Shown piece after piece: positions 25,711 to 34,998 of a stretch of DNA of 64,000 nt (position 1 is its first letter; each line of letters starts with the position of its first letter). The stretch comes from a virus, in IMG/VR virus record IMGVR_UViG_3300045988_146036, positions 1 through 64,000 of that record, one strand, 5' to 3'. A model generated the notes under the pieces. The model ran no database searches. It was not told where the DNA came from and saw only the letters and a program-made list of their open reading frames with translations. The position numbers and the translations under genes were made by a program.

Positions 25711-26967
25711 CTATTCCACCTTCTTTAAGCTTATTGGCTCATCTTTCACTAAAAAGCCTTTATTTGTTTCAGAGTTATATGCTTGATGCACTACTTCATA
25801 ATTCATTGGTGAGCTTGAAAAGTCCCAAGACATTGTAAAGGGTAATAAATGTTCACCATCACGAATCTTAATATTCTCTATTTGAATCTCTTTGGCTGCC
25901 CTTTGTACATCGTCCTGCTTCATAGCCCAAATACCATCACAATACTGTTTTAAACCAGTTGAATATGCAACAGTATTCTTATCTGTTAATTGTGTTGTAA
26001 GAATTACTGGTATTTTTCTGCTTAAAGCAAATACTTTGAAAGCTTTCCATACACCAATAACTGCTTTCCAATCTTCAGGGTCTGCGCCCTCACTCAACAG
26101 ATAACCACCATCTACCAAAGCAATGTCTGGTTGAAAGTTATCTATTTTACTGATAGCTTCATCAACGCCATTTGTAACAAGCTCAATACTAAGTTTGTTC
26201 TCGTATTTAGGAGCATATTGTTCTAAGTATGTTTTGTACTGTGCTTCTTCATTTGCAGGTAATTTGCCGTTTTTCAAAGCATTATAGCTCACACACGCCA
26301 TGATAGCATCCATACGCTTTAAGAGCTGTTTAGGGGACATTTCTTTAGTAAGTAGCATTACTTTATAACCTGCTTTAATAAGATTAGCAGCTAAAATACA
26401 AAGCATCCAGCTCTTGCCAGAACCAGACTTTCCGAGGAAAGTATACAAGTCCATATCCTTTACACCGCCAGTTTGTTTATCTATCGGCAAAATACCTAAC
26501 GGAATACCTGTCATACCACCTGTTATCTTATTAAGCTCGTACTCTTTAAAGCGTTCCTCAGTTTGTCTACCAATATCCACCTTCTCTGCAAAAGTGAACT
26601 CTGTGTTGACTTCCATGAGTAACTTCGTTAAATCTGTATAGACAGAATCTACATTACCTGCATTTATTTTATCGGCAGCCCCCTCTAATACAGATACTAA
26701 CTTATTCTGCCTAATCTTCTTACGAACCTCGTCACAATAGTAAGCGGTACATTCTCTAGCATCTACTAAGAGATTTACTTCGGGGAAGTGCTTCTTAAAA
26801 GTATCTAAGTCTGGTAATGTACCATAGTTAAGTTTGAAGTTGCTTATCCACTTAAAGGCACGTTTGTTAGAGCCTGTAAAGTAATTCTGTGTAATACCTT
26901 TATCGACTACAACGTCCCAATCTTTACTCTCTAGGAGTTTTAAAATTAACTTGTTTTCTACTGACAT
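25711..26967 (-). CDS. DnaB-family replicative helicase
   Basis: Walker A FLGKSGSGKSWML; DnaB-like C-terminal RecA fold; 418 aa. Confidence 0.7.
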   Translation of the reverse strand: MSVENKLILKLLESKDWDVVVDKGITQNYFTGSNKRAFKWISNFKLNYGTLPDLDTFKKHFPEVNLLVDARECTAYYCDEVRKKIRQNKLVSVLEGAADKINAGNVDSVYTDLTKLLMEVNTEFTFAEKVDIGRQTEERFKEYELNKITGGMTGIPLGILPIDKQTGGVKDMDLYTFLGKSGSGKSWMLCILAANLIKAGYKVMLLTKEMSPKQLLKRMDAIMACVSYNALKNGKLPANEEAQYKTYLEQYAPKYENKLSIELVTNGVDEAISKIDNFQPDIALVDGGYLLSEGADPEDWKAVIGVWKAFKVFALSRKIPVILTTQLTDKNTVAYSTGLKQYCDGIWAMKQDDVQRAAKEIQIENIKIRDGEHLLPFTMSWDFSSSPMNYEVVHQAYNSETNKGFLVKDEPISLKKVE

Positions 26968-27362
26968 TATAACAACTCCTTGAAAGACTCTAAGGAATAC
27001 ACATTATCTAAAAACGCACCTTTTGGAGTTTCACAAATAAAATATTTAAAAAGTGACCTACAATCTACTGCTAAATCATTTAGATTCTCATACTGTATAA
27101 AGTCTGTATAGAATAGATACCTACCAAAATACAAGTCGTCAAGCTCTGATTTTGTCCTTTTTAAATCTTTACTTATAATATAAATACTAAACCCAGCGGA
27201 ATATAACTTTAATGTTAAATCCCTATATTCCTGCTTAAAGGTGCGTTGTAACTTACTTTTAGTAAAAAAATCTTTTAAAGAAGGTTTTTTACTAAAAATT
27301 GTATCATAGTCAATAGCTATGATGGTTGCTACTCTATTAGAAAGTTCACCTTTTCTGTTCAT
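26967..27362 (-). CDS. hypothetical protein (131 aa)
   Basis: ORF. Confidence 0.35.
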   Translation of the reverse strand: MNRKGELSNRVATIIAIDYDTIFSKKPSLKDFFTKSKLQRTFKQEYRDLTLKLYSAGFSIYIISKDLKRTKSELDDLYFGRYLFYTDFIQYENLNDLAVDCRSLFKYFICETPKGAFLDNVYSLESFKELL

Positions 27363-27507
27363 TTAGCTTATTCTCCAAAGATTCTAATGTCAATTCTTTA
27401 GCCAAAAGCTTTTGCCAACAAGCTGTGCATAAAGGAAATTCTTGTTTTCCTGCAAAACCTGTAACATCATTGCTTCCGCAATTAAAGCACTCATCTTTTT
27501 TAATCAT
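27346..27507 (-). CDS. small zinc-ribbon ORF (53 aa)
   Basis: AAGGAAG RBS; CFNCGS...CTACW (CxxC...CxxC); overlaps the downstream start. Confidence 0.35.
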   Translation of the reverse strand: MIKKDECFNCGSNDVTGFAGKQEFPLCTACWQKLLAKELTLESLENKLNEQKR

Positions 27508-27519
27508 CTAATCACTTCC

Positions 27520-28131
27520 TTACTTTAAAAACTCCAAGGCTTTTTTATTACGAAAAGCCTGTTTTCTGCCATCCTCGCCTAAAAGCTTAACCTTAACAAA
27601 TTCTGAAAGCATGGAATAGAAAGTATTTCCATAACGCTCTTTTAACTGCACAGTATCTAAATTACTACAAATAATCGTTGGGTATCCTTTCGTAAATCTC
27701 TGCTTTAGAATATCCTCTAAAAGTGACTTTTCAGCATCAGACTTCAAACTTACTTCTGCTCCAAGTTCATCAATTACTAAGAACTCTGCCCCAAGAAACT
27801 CGTTATAGGAATCATCCTTACTGAAAGCCTTTGAAATAAGCTCTTTAAAAGTTGTCATTCTACATGTATGGTAGTAAGAGTAGCAATATTGCAGTATAAT
27901 ACTAGATACAAATGATTTACCGCAACCATTCTGCCCTATAAAAAGAAGCCCAACACAATCCCGCAACATTTCATCACAATGCGTTGTATAACCACGTAAC
28001 AGATGTTCCATTTGTTCGTTGGGAAACCGATAATCTTTCCAAGAAAGACCTTGATACATAATAGGAATACCCATTAAAGATAAAGCTTCTCTGCTTAAAA
28101 ATGTTCTCCTAGAACTCAATTTCGGCAACAT
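27520..28131 (-). CDS. DnaC/IstB-like helicase-loader ATPase
   Basis: Walker A GQNGCGKS, Walker B FLVIDELG; probable start MLPKLSS at 28131 with GAGGTGA RBS (the tool's longer ORF adds an unlikely N-terminus). Confidence 0.6.
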   Translation of the reverse strand: MLPKLSSRRTFLSREALSLMGIPIMYQGLSWKDYRFPNEQMEHLLRGYTTHCDEMLRDCVGLLFIGQNGCGKSFVSSIILQYCYSYYHTCRMTTFKELISKAFSKDDSYNEFLGAEFLVIDELGAEVSLKSDAEKSLLEDILKQRFTKGYPTIICSNLDTVQLKERYGNTFYSMLSEFVKVKLLGEDGRKQAFRNKKALEFLK

Positions 28132-28600
28132 TCTCACCTCTTGTATTTTCCCAACCGCGCAATTCCTTATCTTTAAAGTGCTTCTTCCAAAAGTTAGCAC
28201 GATTATAAATGGAATTTGCCCAACCAGACGAAAGTAAGTAAATACCATAATCTGTATAGGGGATTTCTTTATCACCACTAGAAATACGTTCTCCGCTATC
28301 CCAAAGATAGTCTATCATCAATTTAACTTCTGTATTAGTATAAGACTTCATTACTGACTTCAAAATGGCATTATCCTTGTATTGAACTGTGACATACTTT
28401 ATGTCACGCTGTTTCGCTTTATCCTTCCAATAACGCAGAAAATCAGTAGGGGTAAAAACAGAAACATCTACATCTGATTTAATAATACCTTTTGCCTTTG
28501 GTGTGACTACTGCCCTACCAAAGAGGGCAGCACTCATTGCTTTATTAATGTGCATTGTCAGAAACCAAATCTGTAATTTCAGAGTTGATAAATTCATCAA
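28109..28600 (-). CDS. hypothetical protein (163 aa)
   Basis: ORF. Confidence 0.35.
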   Translation of the reverse strand: MMNLSTLKLQIWFLTMHINKAMSAALFGRAVVTPKAKGIIKSDVDVSVFTPTDFLRYWKDKAKQRDIKYVTVQYKDNAILKSVMKSYTNTEVKLMIDYLWDSGERISSGDKEIPYTDYGIYLLSSGWANSIYNRANFWKKHFKDKELRGWENTRGENVAEIEF

Positions 28601-28748
28601 TTTCTGCGCTTAATTGTTGTTTAGTAAATTCAATTTTAGAATCCTCTACAGTCCTCTCCATACCAAGCTCAACCCTAGCACTCTCATAGTTACCTAAATT
28701 TTTTGTAAAGCTTTTAACAACTCTAACTAAAGTTTCACCCTTTTCCAT
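28545..28748 (-). CDS. hypothetical protein (67 aa)
   Basis: ORF. Confidence 0.3.
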   Translation of the reverse strand: MEKGETLVRVVKSFTKNLGNYESARVELGMERTVEDSKIEFTKQQLSAEIDEFINSEITDLVSDNAH

Positions 28749-29161
28749 TACATTAACTCCTTTCTAACTACTTTATCAAATTCTTCAAACCAACGTACTT
28801 TCATAAATTCCATATTAGGTGTAGTCTTTGTCATACCACATTCAAGGGCTGTCATTGCAAGACATTCAATCATACCTCTAGTGTACCACGACCTATTCTT
28901 TGTTTTAATTGGGGACTCTGGCATATAACCATTCTTAATCCACAAATGAAAGCACATATAAGTTCTAGGTATTCCCACATTAGCAAATGCTTCTACCAAT
29001 TTACCACTTGTATAAACAGTCATTTCTTTTCCGTTTATAATCATCTTCCTGCCGTTTGTCGCCCATTCTTTAAAATGAGCAGAACATCTGCGCTTATTCG
29101 GAAACTTCTTCCGCTTTCTTCCCTTTTTGCGTGGTAAGGGCATATGTAATCTTCCTTTCAA
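28748..29161 (-). CDS. basic hypothetical protein (137 aa)
   Basis: KKGRKRKKFPNKRR-rich N-terminus. Confidence 0.35.
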   Translation of the reverse strand: MKGRLHMPLPRKKGRKRKKFPNKRRCSAHFKEWATNGRKMIINGKEMTVYTSGKLVEAFANVGIPRTYMCFHLWIKNGYMPESPIKTKNRSWYTRGMIECLAMTALECGMTKTTPNMEFMKVRWFEEFDKVVRKELM

Positions 29162-29612
29162 ATATCTTATTCATATCTTCATCGGAAATAACGCCGTCTG
29201 CAATAAATCCTTGAATCGCATCTACATCAAAGACTGGTTCATATGAAACAACCTTATCAAATAAATCTAAGCGTCTTAATACCTGTGTTGCAAGTTCTTC
29301 ATTAATTCCAAGAGATACCCTTTGCTGCTTTTTAAAGCTTCCATTCGGTGTGTTAAGCCAAACATTACCCATAGTATCTTTAACACCTTGCGTGTCAAAA
29401 TATTCATCTAACTGCTTCTTAATCTCTGCCTTTTTCTTTTTAGCATCATTTTCTACTTTACTGAATAAGGCATACGCATCATAAAGCTCAGTCAATGTCG
29501 TTTCTTTAGGGGCTTCATTTAAATCAACAATCTGTTTCTCTTTGGTTGGAATATTAATTTTCATTCTTATTCTCCTTGCGCATCTTTGTCCACAAACGAC
29601 GTTCTGCTGCAT
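29094..29612 (-). CDS. hypothetical protein (true start probably MKINIPT near 29564; a 46-aa ORF lies upstream at about 29553-29691)
   Basis: AAGGAG RBS before the internal ATG; promoter at 29742-29770. Confidence 0.35.
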   Translation of the reverse strand: MQQNVVCGQRCARRIRMKINIPTKEKQIVDLNEAPKETTLTELYDAYALFSKVENDAKKKKAEIKKQLDEYFDTQGVKDTMGNVWLNTPNGSFKKQQRVSLGINEELATQVLRRLDLFDKVVSYEPVFDVDAIQGFIADGVISDEDMNKIFERKITYALTTQKGKKAEEVSE

Positions 29613-29741
29613 TATCAGGCAGCCATTTACGGCTCTTTGTACACATTGGAATACGTCTTTTAAAATCCTTAAATTGTTTTTCGTCCATTCTTAAAACCTC
29701 CAAATAATCTTTAAATAAACATTTCTCAATGTCTGTAACTA

Positions 29742-29770
29742 ATTATACCATATACTTTAAAAGTTGTCAA
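29742..29770 (-). promoter_or_regulatory. sigma-A type promoter TTGACA-N17-TATAAT
   Basis: Minus strand reads TTGACAacttttaaagtatatggTATAAT. Confidence 0.55.
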
Positions 29771-31244
29771 TAGGTATTCCGAGAGATTTATAACATTCTA
29801 CACGCTTAGACCAATGATTTTTAATAGCTACCATTAAAGGATGCTGGTAATCAAAAATATAAACATCAGTCTTTCCCTCAACTGTTCTCCGCAACCTTCC
29901 AAGTGCTTGTATCAAGTCTTTGTCATTTGCAATATCTGCCACCAAAAACCCATATTCCCAAGCCTTAACATTTGTACCCTCACACGCAATGGAAAGCGTT
30001 GCTAATGTTACAAGAACTTCCTTACTTTCAGCGCGTGCTTTAATATCTGCCTTTGAATCTGACATATTCCCATAAAATTTCTGAATCTTAGGGCAAGTAG
30101 GAATTAACTTATTATAAAGAATTTCTAGCTGCTCAATAGTTTTACAGAAAACTATGCAAGACTTGTTCTGCATATAAGCATTTTTAATATCCTCACAAAC
30201 TAAGTTATTAAATTCCTCATCTGTTGCAATTTTATCGTAAGCATCATGCAAACGTAATGGATACGGCTTCACAAGACCTTCCGATACAAGCTCTTCCATT
30301 TTTAATACCCATTCAATAGTACCACGTTTATAAGTTTTATAATTGCAGACATAATCTTCTATGGTTCTCTTTGTGCGTACACCATAATACGCCTTTTTAG
30401 GCCGCCAAAAAATATTGCTTTTCCTGCTTATGACATGAATGTTCTCAGCAGGAATTATTGCATCTGTTTCACACATTGTCCCATCAAATAAGGTTTTACC
30501 ACAGAGTAAGTCAATAACATCTACTAAGCCATCATTACGCATTTTAGTAGCTGTCAGACCTAGTCTAAGATATGCAGGGAACTCATTAAGAACTTGATAA
30601 CTAACTGCACCTGCACGATGTACCTCATCAATAATCAGCATGGAAATTTCCTTATGCAATTTTTTAAGTTTATCTGCACCTAAACGAGAAAGTGTTTGTA
30701 TTGTAGTAAGTGTAATATGCTCACCAATTTTGAATACTTTACCTTTAACCAAACCAATATCCAAAGCATCATTATAGGCTAATTTTGCATCTTGAATCCA
30801 GCCATCTACTAAATCATCTTTATTTACCACAATTAAAGTTTTTTTACCCAATTTACCTGCCAAATAAAGACCACAAATACTCTTTCCAGTACCTGTCGGT
30901 AAAACAAGCGTTCCTAACCCCCTAAAAGTAGAAACTGCTTTCTTTTGAATATCGCGTAATTCTAATTGAAAAGGAGGGTATTCAACATCATCATCCTTTG
31001 CATCACTCTTAACAAAAACCGCAAAGGGACATGCTTCGTAGCCCAAAGGTACTAAAATATCGTTTGAAATTAGCTTATAATATCTTAACTTTGAAGGAAT
31101 ACGCACACTTCCCCACTTACTGTAACGAATAGCACTCTGATAGGCAGGATTATCGAAAGTTAAATCTTCTTTAATCTTAGAGAGCTGTTCAAGAGTTAAT
31201 CCCTTAAACAACTTCTGCCCCTGTTTTTCTTCATAAGTTATCAT
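29757..31244 (-). CDS. superfamily-2 DEAD/DEAH-box helicase
   Basis: Motif I LPTGTGKS, motif II LIIDEVH, motif III TATKMR, C-terminal helicase domain. Confidence 0.65.
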   Translation of the reverse strand: MITYEEKQGQKLFKGLTLEQLSKIKEDLTFDNPAYQSAIRYSKWGSVRIPSKLRYYKLISNDILVPLGYEACPFAVFVKSDAKDDDVEYPPFQLELRDIQKKAVSTFRGLGTLVLPTGTGKSICGLYLAGKLGKKTLIVVNKDDLVDGWIQDAKLAYNDALDIGLVKGKVFKIGEHITLTTIQTLSRLGADKLKKLHKEISMLIIDEVHRAGAVSYQVLNEFPAYLRLGLTATKMRNDGLVDVIDLLCGKTLFDGTMCETDAIIPAENIHVISRKSNIFWRPKKAYYGVRTKRTIEDYVCNYKTYKRGTIEWVLKMEELVSEGLVKPYPLRLHDAYDKIATDEEFNNLVCEDIKNAYMQNKSCIVFCKTIEQLEILYNKLIPTCPKIQKFYGNMSDSKADIKARAESKEVLVTLATLSIACEGTNVKAWEYGFLVADIANDKDLIQALGRLRRTVEGKTDVYIFDYQHPLMVAIKNHWSKRVECYKSLGIPIDNF

Positions 31245-31440
31245 TTATATCTCCCCTAAATTTATTAACCAACTCCCAAAACGCCTGTACTTCTTTACTG
31301 TTTAACTTAAAAAAATTTAATGTAATATGTGGGATTCCTGCATCATCTAAATAAGCAATTTCAATATGATTATCCTTCTTAATGACAATTCTCTCATCTG
31401 AATTAACACCTACTAACATTTTAATATCCCTCCAAATCAC
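31231..31440 (-). CDS. hypothetical protein (probable start MLVGVN at 31416)
   Basis: GGAGGG RBS before the internal ATG. Confidence 0.3.
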   Translation of the reverse strand: MIWRDIKMLVGVNSDERIVIKKDNHIEIAYLDDAGIPHITLNFFKLNSKEVQAFWELVNKFRGDINDNL

Positions 31441-31600
31441 CGTCTAAGGCAATTATTAGCCTATCCGTATTTGCTCCGAAAACTTTACGGTAAATTTCAC
31501 AATCCTCAGCCTCGGATAAGCCGTTTGTATCTGTTACAAACACTAATTCACAATCTGCACCGTGTTTTAATAGGTTATCGCAAAAATCTTTGACTTTCAT
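31421..31600 (-). CDS. small ORF (59 aa, just below tool cutoff)
   Basis: AAGGAGGAG RBS; ATG at 31600-31598; fills the whole gap with its stop adjacent to the next start. Confidence 0.4.
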   Translation of the reverse strand: MKVKDFCDNLLKHGADCELVFVTDTNGLSEAEDCEIYRKVFGANTDRLIIALDGDLEGY

Positions 31601-31601
31601 T

Positions 31602-31937
31602 TTACTCCTCCTTACAATTCTGTTCCACTTTTTTCAAGTCCCACGCATAAGGTAAAACTACTCTTAAAATACATTTACCAGCACCATTCAATAAAACACA
31701 TTCAGAGCATTTTGTACACTCACATGTATTATGTAATAAATTCACTGCATCTAAAACCGCAGCCTTCTCCTCTTTAGATAAAGAAGATTTTTTACTTACA
31801 GTATCCTCTAAAGATACAAGATAAACACCACCACCATTAGGCTCAACTGTTTCCACCCTAAGCTTACCTTCCTCAATGAAAACCTTAGCACCTATTGGAT
31901 ATATCCGTAATTTTTCAATTAAATCTACTACTTTCAT
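31602..31937 (-). CDS. Cys-containing hypothetical protein (112 aa from MKVVDLIEKL)
   Basis: The promoter at 31971-31999 lies inside the tool's longer ORF, so the start is the ATG at 31937 with AAAGGAG RBS; CECTKCSEC motif. Confidence 0.4.
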   Translation of the reverse strand: MKVVDLIEKLRIYPIGAKVFIEEGKLRVETVEPNGGGVYLVSLEDTVSKKSSLSKEEKAAVLDAVNLLHNTCECTKCSECVLLNGAGKCILRVVLPYAWDLKKVEQNCKEE

Positions 31938-31970
31938 TATTAGAACTCCTTTCATCTTTAAACTATGGTT

Positions 31971-31999
31971 ATTATACCATACCTCACCATATATGTCAA
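31971..31999 (-). promoter_or_regulatory. sigma-A type promoter TTGACA-N17-TATAAT
   Basis: Minus strand reads TTGACAtatatggtgaggtatggTATAAT. Confidence 0.55.
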
Positions 32000-32033
32000 G
32001 CATAAAAATAAGGGGTACTTTTGTACCCCTAAA

Positions 32034-32462
32034 TTACCATCTTGATGTATAACCTCTTGTATCTAAGTGAATCCAATCACCATAATATCCAATACCTAGC
32101 TTATCTTTTAAGCCCCAAGCATCCGCAGCTACCAGCACTGTATCCGCTAATGCTGTATCTGTATCATCTTGTCCTGCAATATGTATGTCAGCAGCACAGC
32201 CTTGTGTATGCAAACTTCCTTCTGCACCACCAACTAAGGCATTAATATATTTTGTACGATAACCGCTTTTATATCCTGCATTTGTAGTATTAACTACCCA
32301 ATTTGGATTCCAGTCCCTTAACATATCCAATATCTTAAAGAGATTTGCAGTTCTCTCATCATCTGTACAAAGTCTACCATCTTCTGTCCAAGCAAATGGA
32401 TTTTCACTGCGTTGTAAGCAGTCCCATTCATTTACTGTCCAATGTTTACTTTTATACATCAC
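32034..32462 (-). CDS. endolysin, peptidase M15 (D-Ala-D-Ala carboxypeptidase/VanY-like) family
   Basis: SGYRTKYINALVGGAEGSLHTQGCAADI matches the M15 zinc-binding signature SGYR...S.H..G.A.D. Confidence 0.6.
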   Translation of the reverse strand: MMYKSKHWTVNEWDCLQRSENPFAWTEDGRLCTDDERTANLFKILDMLRDWNPNWVVNTTNAGYKSGYRTKYINALVGGAEGSLHTQGCAADIHIAGQDDTDTALADTVLVAADAWGLKDKLGIGYYGDWIHLDTRGYTSRW

Positions 32463-32715
32463 GTTTCACTTCCTTGCCTAAGCAACCTTCTGGCGTATTG
32501 TAGCGAGAATTAATGTATTTATTACCAAGCTGTGCAAGTACCGCACCACCAGTAGCTAATGCAAATTCTGAATAATTACCCCAAAAATGTCCTGTTAATG
32601 CAAGAATACAAGAGAGCACTAAAAATGTTACATAACCAAGTGTTATTAATATCCTTGTTAAACTGAGGATTCCACCCTCTTTAAAAACTTCTAGCCAACT
32701 TTTCATAAAATGCAC
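32452..32715 (-). CDS. holin
   Basis: 87 aa, two TM helices, charged C-terminus, overlaps the endolysin start by 11 nt. Confidence 0.5.
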   Translation of the reverse strand: MHFMKSWLEVFKEGGILSLTRILITLGYVTFLVLSCILALTGHFWGNYSEFALATGGAVLAQLGNKYINSRYNTPEGCLGKEVKRDV

Positions 32716-32718
32716 TCC

Positions 32719-33048
32719 TCACTTTGAAAAGAAATTATGAATTAAACTTATAACTAAAGATATTACAGCAGTAAGAATAGACACCCCTTTGTACAGAGTG
32801 CCTATCTTATCTTCCAATAATTTTGAAAAATCCAACTGTCTATCTCTATTAAGTTTACGTTCTTGGTCTAAGGACTCCCCTAAACCTTTCAAAGAGGCTT
32901 CAAGAAAGGCAATATTTTTGCCTTGCAGTTCGAGCTTTTCCCTGACTGTGTCTATCTCTTTCATATCCCTTTCTTGACTATGCTTAATCTCAGCACAGTT
33001 GCTAGTGGACTCTAATAAAGCTTCTAGTAACTTATCCTCTTTATCCAT
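32719..33048 (-). CDS. coiled-coil protein with C-terminal TM anchor (109 aa)
   Basis: Coiled-coil N-terminus; C-terminal helix VSILTAVISLVISLI. Confidence 0.35.
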   Translation of the reverse strand: MDKEDKLLEALLESTSNCAEIKHSQERDMKEIDTVREKLELQGKNIAFLEASLKGLGESLDQERKLNRDRQLDFSKLLEDKIGTLYKGVSILTAVISLVISLIHNFFSK

Positions 33049-33060
33049 TCAATCACCCTT

Positions 33061-33486
33061 CTACGCAATTTTTACAGCGGTGAAAGAAGTGCTTGTTACC
33101 GTTCCTGCAGCTGTCAACTGTACTTGTAGTGAAGCTACATTATTGATAGCTTTGCAAGAAGGTAGAACCGTAATCAAAGTGGTAAAACTTGCAGGGAATG
33201 TAGTAGCTACCACACCTGTCGCAGTAGCACTAGCACCAGGGACTGCTACACCGTTCTTAACCAGTTGCAGGGAAATATCCCCTGCCGCAGTAGGTGTAAC
33301 ATTTGCATTAACAGTGACTAAGTAAGTTCCTGCTTTACGTAAAGTAACTGTATTACTGCCTGCTGTAAATAAAATTCCTTGATTGCAACAACTGTTGCAA
33401 CCACTTACAGCTTTTGTGTCATATACTAAATACCCATCAGCTACCACTGTCTGAGTGACAGAGTTAGTAGCATTTAAATAAGCCAT
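33061..33486 (-). CDS. BclA C-terminal-domain-like (C1q/TNF-like) protein
   Basis: Thr/Val/Ala/Asn-rich beta-rich sequence (VTVNANVTPTAAGDISLQLVKNG...) resembling the Bacillus collagen-like protein BclA C-terminal domain. Confidence 0.4.
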   Translation of the reverse strand: MAYLNATNSVTQTVVADGYLVYDTKAVSGCNSCCNQGILFTAGSNTVTLRKAGTYLVTVNANVTPTAAGDISLQLVKNGVAVPGASATATGVVATTFPASFTTLITVLPSCKAINNVASLQVQLTAAGTVTSTSFTAVKIA

Positions 33487-33534
33487 TCCTTATCCCTCCT
33501 TTAAATAAAGGGGTGAACTAACACCCCAAGTTAT

Positions 33535-34242
33535 TTAAACACAACCACAAACATTATTTGCTGCGCTCTGATAAGGAGAGCAGGTTATAAATGCAGGTTG
33601 TGGGAAAGGTCTAAGTGTACCAATTAAGGCTGCACTTTGAGCTTGTTGACTCAGCTGGAAATTAGCAGTCTGCAATTCTCTATCTCTGTCAGCAAGTTTA
33701 TCACGCAGTTCTTGAACGGTATTAGCTACCATTACTGCACGTGTCTTTTCACCATCCGCATTAATTGCGTTCACAATTTCACAAGTATTCTTATAGTTTT
33801 CAGCTCTTACAGAATCAATGTTTCTATTGGTTTCACAACCTACATTTGCGATACCTTTCTGAGTTTCACAGCAGCATTGCTGTGCGGCAAAGCGATTTTC
33901 TGCAATTTGATTACCTAATTGATAACCATTAGACATTAAATCACGTTGTACTCCATTGAAACCGTTTAACATAGTTGTGTTCTGTGCATAAAAACCATCA
34001 CACAAACCATTTTGAATACCTGCTATACCTCTTTGAATAGATTGGTTGTCAAAACCAGATTGCAAGTCGCTTCTAGTTAAGGCTTCGTTTAAACCCCTGT
34101 TATTTCCGAAACCATTTCCCCAACCGCCCATTAAGGCAAAAATAACAATAATCCACATGAACCACATACCACAACCATTACCCCAATCGTTGTCATATCC
34201 ATGATTCATATTCATTACAGGAACAACACCAGTACCTTCCAT
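33535..34242 (-). CDS. membrane-anchored Gly/Asn-rich coiled-coil protein (235 aa)
   Basis: TM helix WFMWIIVIFALMGGW then GWGNGFGNNRG low-complexity and coiled coil. Confidence 0.35.
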   Translation of the reverse strand: MEGTGVVPVMNMNHGYDNDWGNGCGMWFMWIIVIFALMGGWGNGFGNNRGLNEALTRSDLQSGFDNQSIQRGIAGIQNGLCDGFYAQNTTMLNGFNGVQRDLMSNGYQLGNQIAENRFAAQQCCCETQKGIANVGCETNRNIDSVRAENYKNTCEIVNAINADGEKTRAVMVANTVQELRDKLADRDRELQTANFQLSQQAQSAALIGTLRPFPQPAFITCSPYQSAANNVCGCV

Positions 34243-34300
34243 AGTAAGTACCTCCTATATTGATTTATTTTTCAGCCTAATCTTCTAGCCCGCGCGTCTG

Positions 34301-34528
34301 CTAAAATCTTAGGTTAAATTGTGAAAGAAAATTATTTAAATCATTATCGCTCATACCTTTTGTATGTGCAATGTTTCTAACTATTTGTTGCAGCTGTTCG
34401 GGACTTTTCCCCTGCCCCATTTGCATAGCTTGGTTAAATAGGGGATTGCCACCAAACATTTGTTGCATTAACTGCATGGGATTTTGTGACCCCTGTACCA
34501 TTCCCATTAACTGCATCGGATTCATCAT
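34301..34528 (-). CDS. Met/Gln-rich low-complexity protein (75 aa)
   Basis: Repeated NPMQLM motifs. Confidence 0.35.
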   Translation of the reverse strand: MMNPMQLMGMVQGSQNPMQLMQQMFGGNPLFNQAMQMGQGKSPEQLQQIVRNIAHTKGMSDNDLNNFLSQFNLRF

Positions 34529-34950
34529 TTAGTAGCTCCCCCTTCCAACCTATTCAAGCTATCCTTTAATTCTGCAACTTCACTTAGCAACACCTCTAAG
34601 TCGTCTTTAGTTGCAAAATTTGCAGGGCTTATTTCCCTTGGTTCATCCTTACTTAAAATAAATACTTTATAATCAACTTTACCTTCATTTGTAAACTGTT
34701 TTGTATAAATTCTGTCCTGCTGTGTATCTACAAAAACATTAAGGCTTCCATCATAATCTACAGCGGCAGATTTAACTTCATCAAAACTTGCTACAAATGC
34801 GGTTTTTGGCATTTGAGGTTTATTTGGGGGCATTACTTGTTGTCCCTGCTGAAAACCTTGCTGCCCAGATTGATTCATATTAAAATATGGGTAATTCATA
34901 TAACCTTGCCCAAAGTAATTATTAGGATACATTTCACACCCCCTCCTCAA
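34525..34950 (-). CDS. protein with N-terminal Q/N/Y-rich prion-like domain (141 aa)
   Basis: YPNNYFGQGYMNYPYFNMNQSGQQGFQQGQQ followed by a globular C-terminus. Confidence 0.35.
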   Translation of the reverse strand: MRRGCEMYPNNYFGQGYMNYPYFNMNQSGQQGFQQGQQVMPPNKPQMPKTAFVASFDEVKSAAVDYDGSLNVFVDTQQDRIYTKQFTNEGKVDYKVFILSKDEPREISPANFATKDDLEVLLSEVAELKDSLNRLEGGATK

Positions 34951-34998
34951 CTTACATTTTAATTATAGCATATATTTTAAAGGGTGAATAACTAACTT

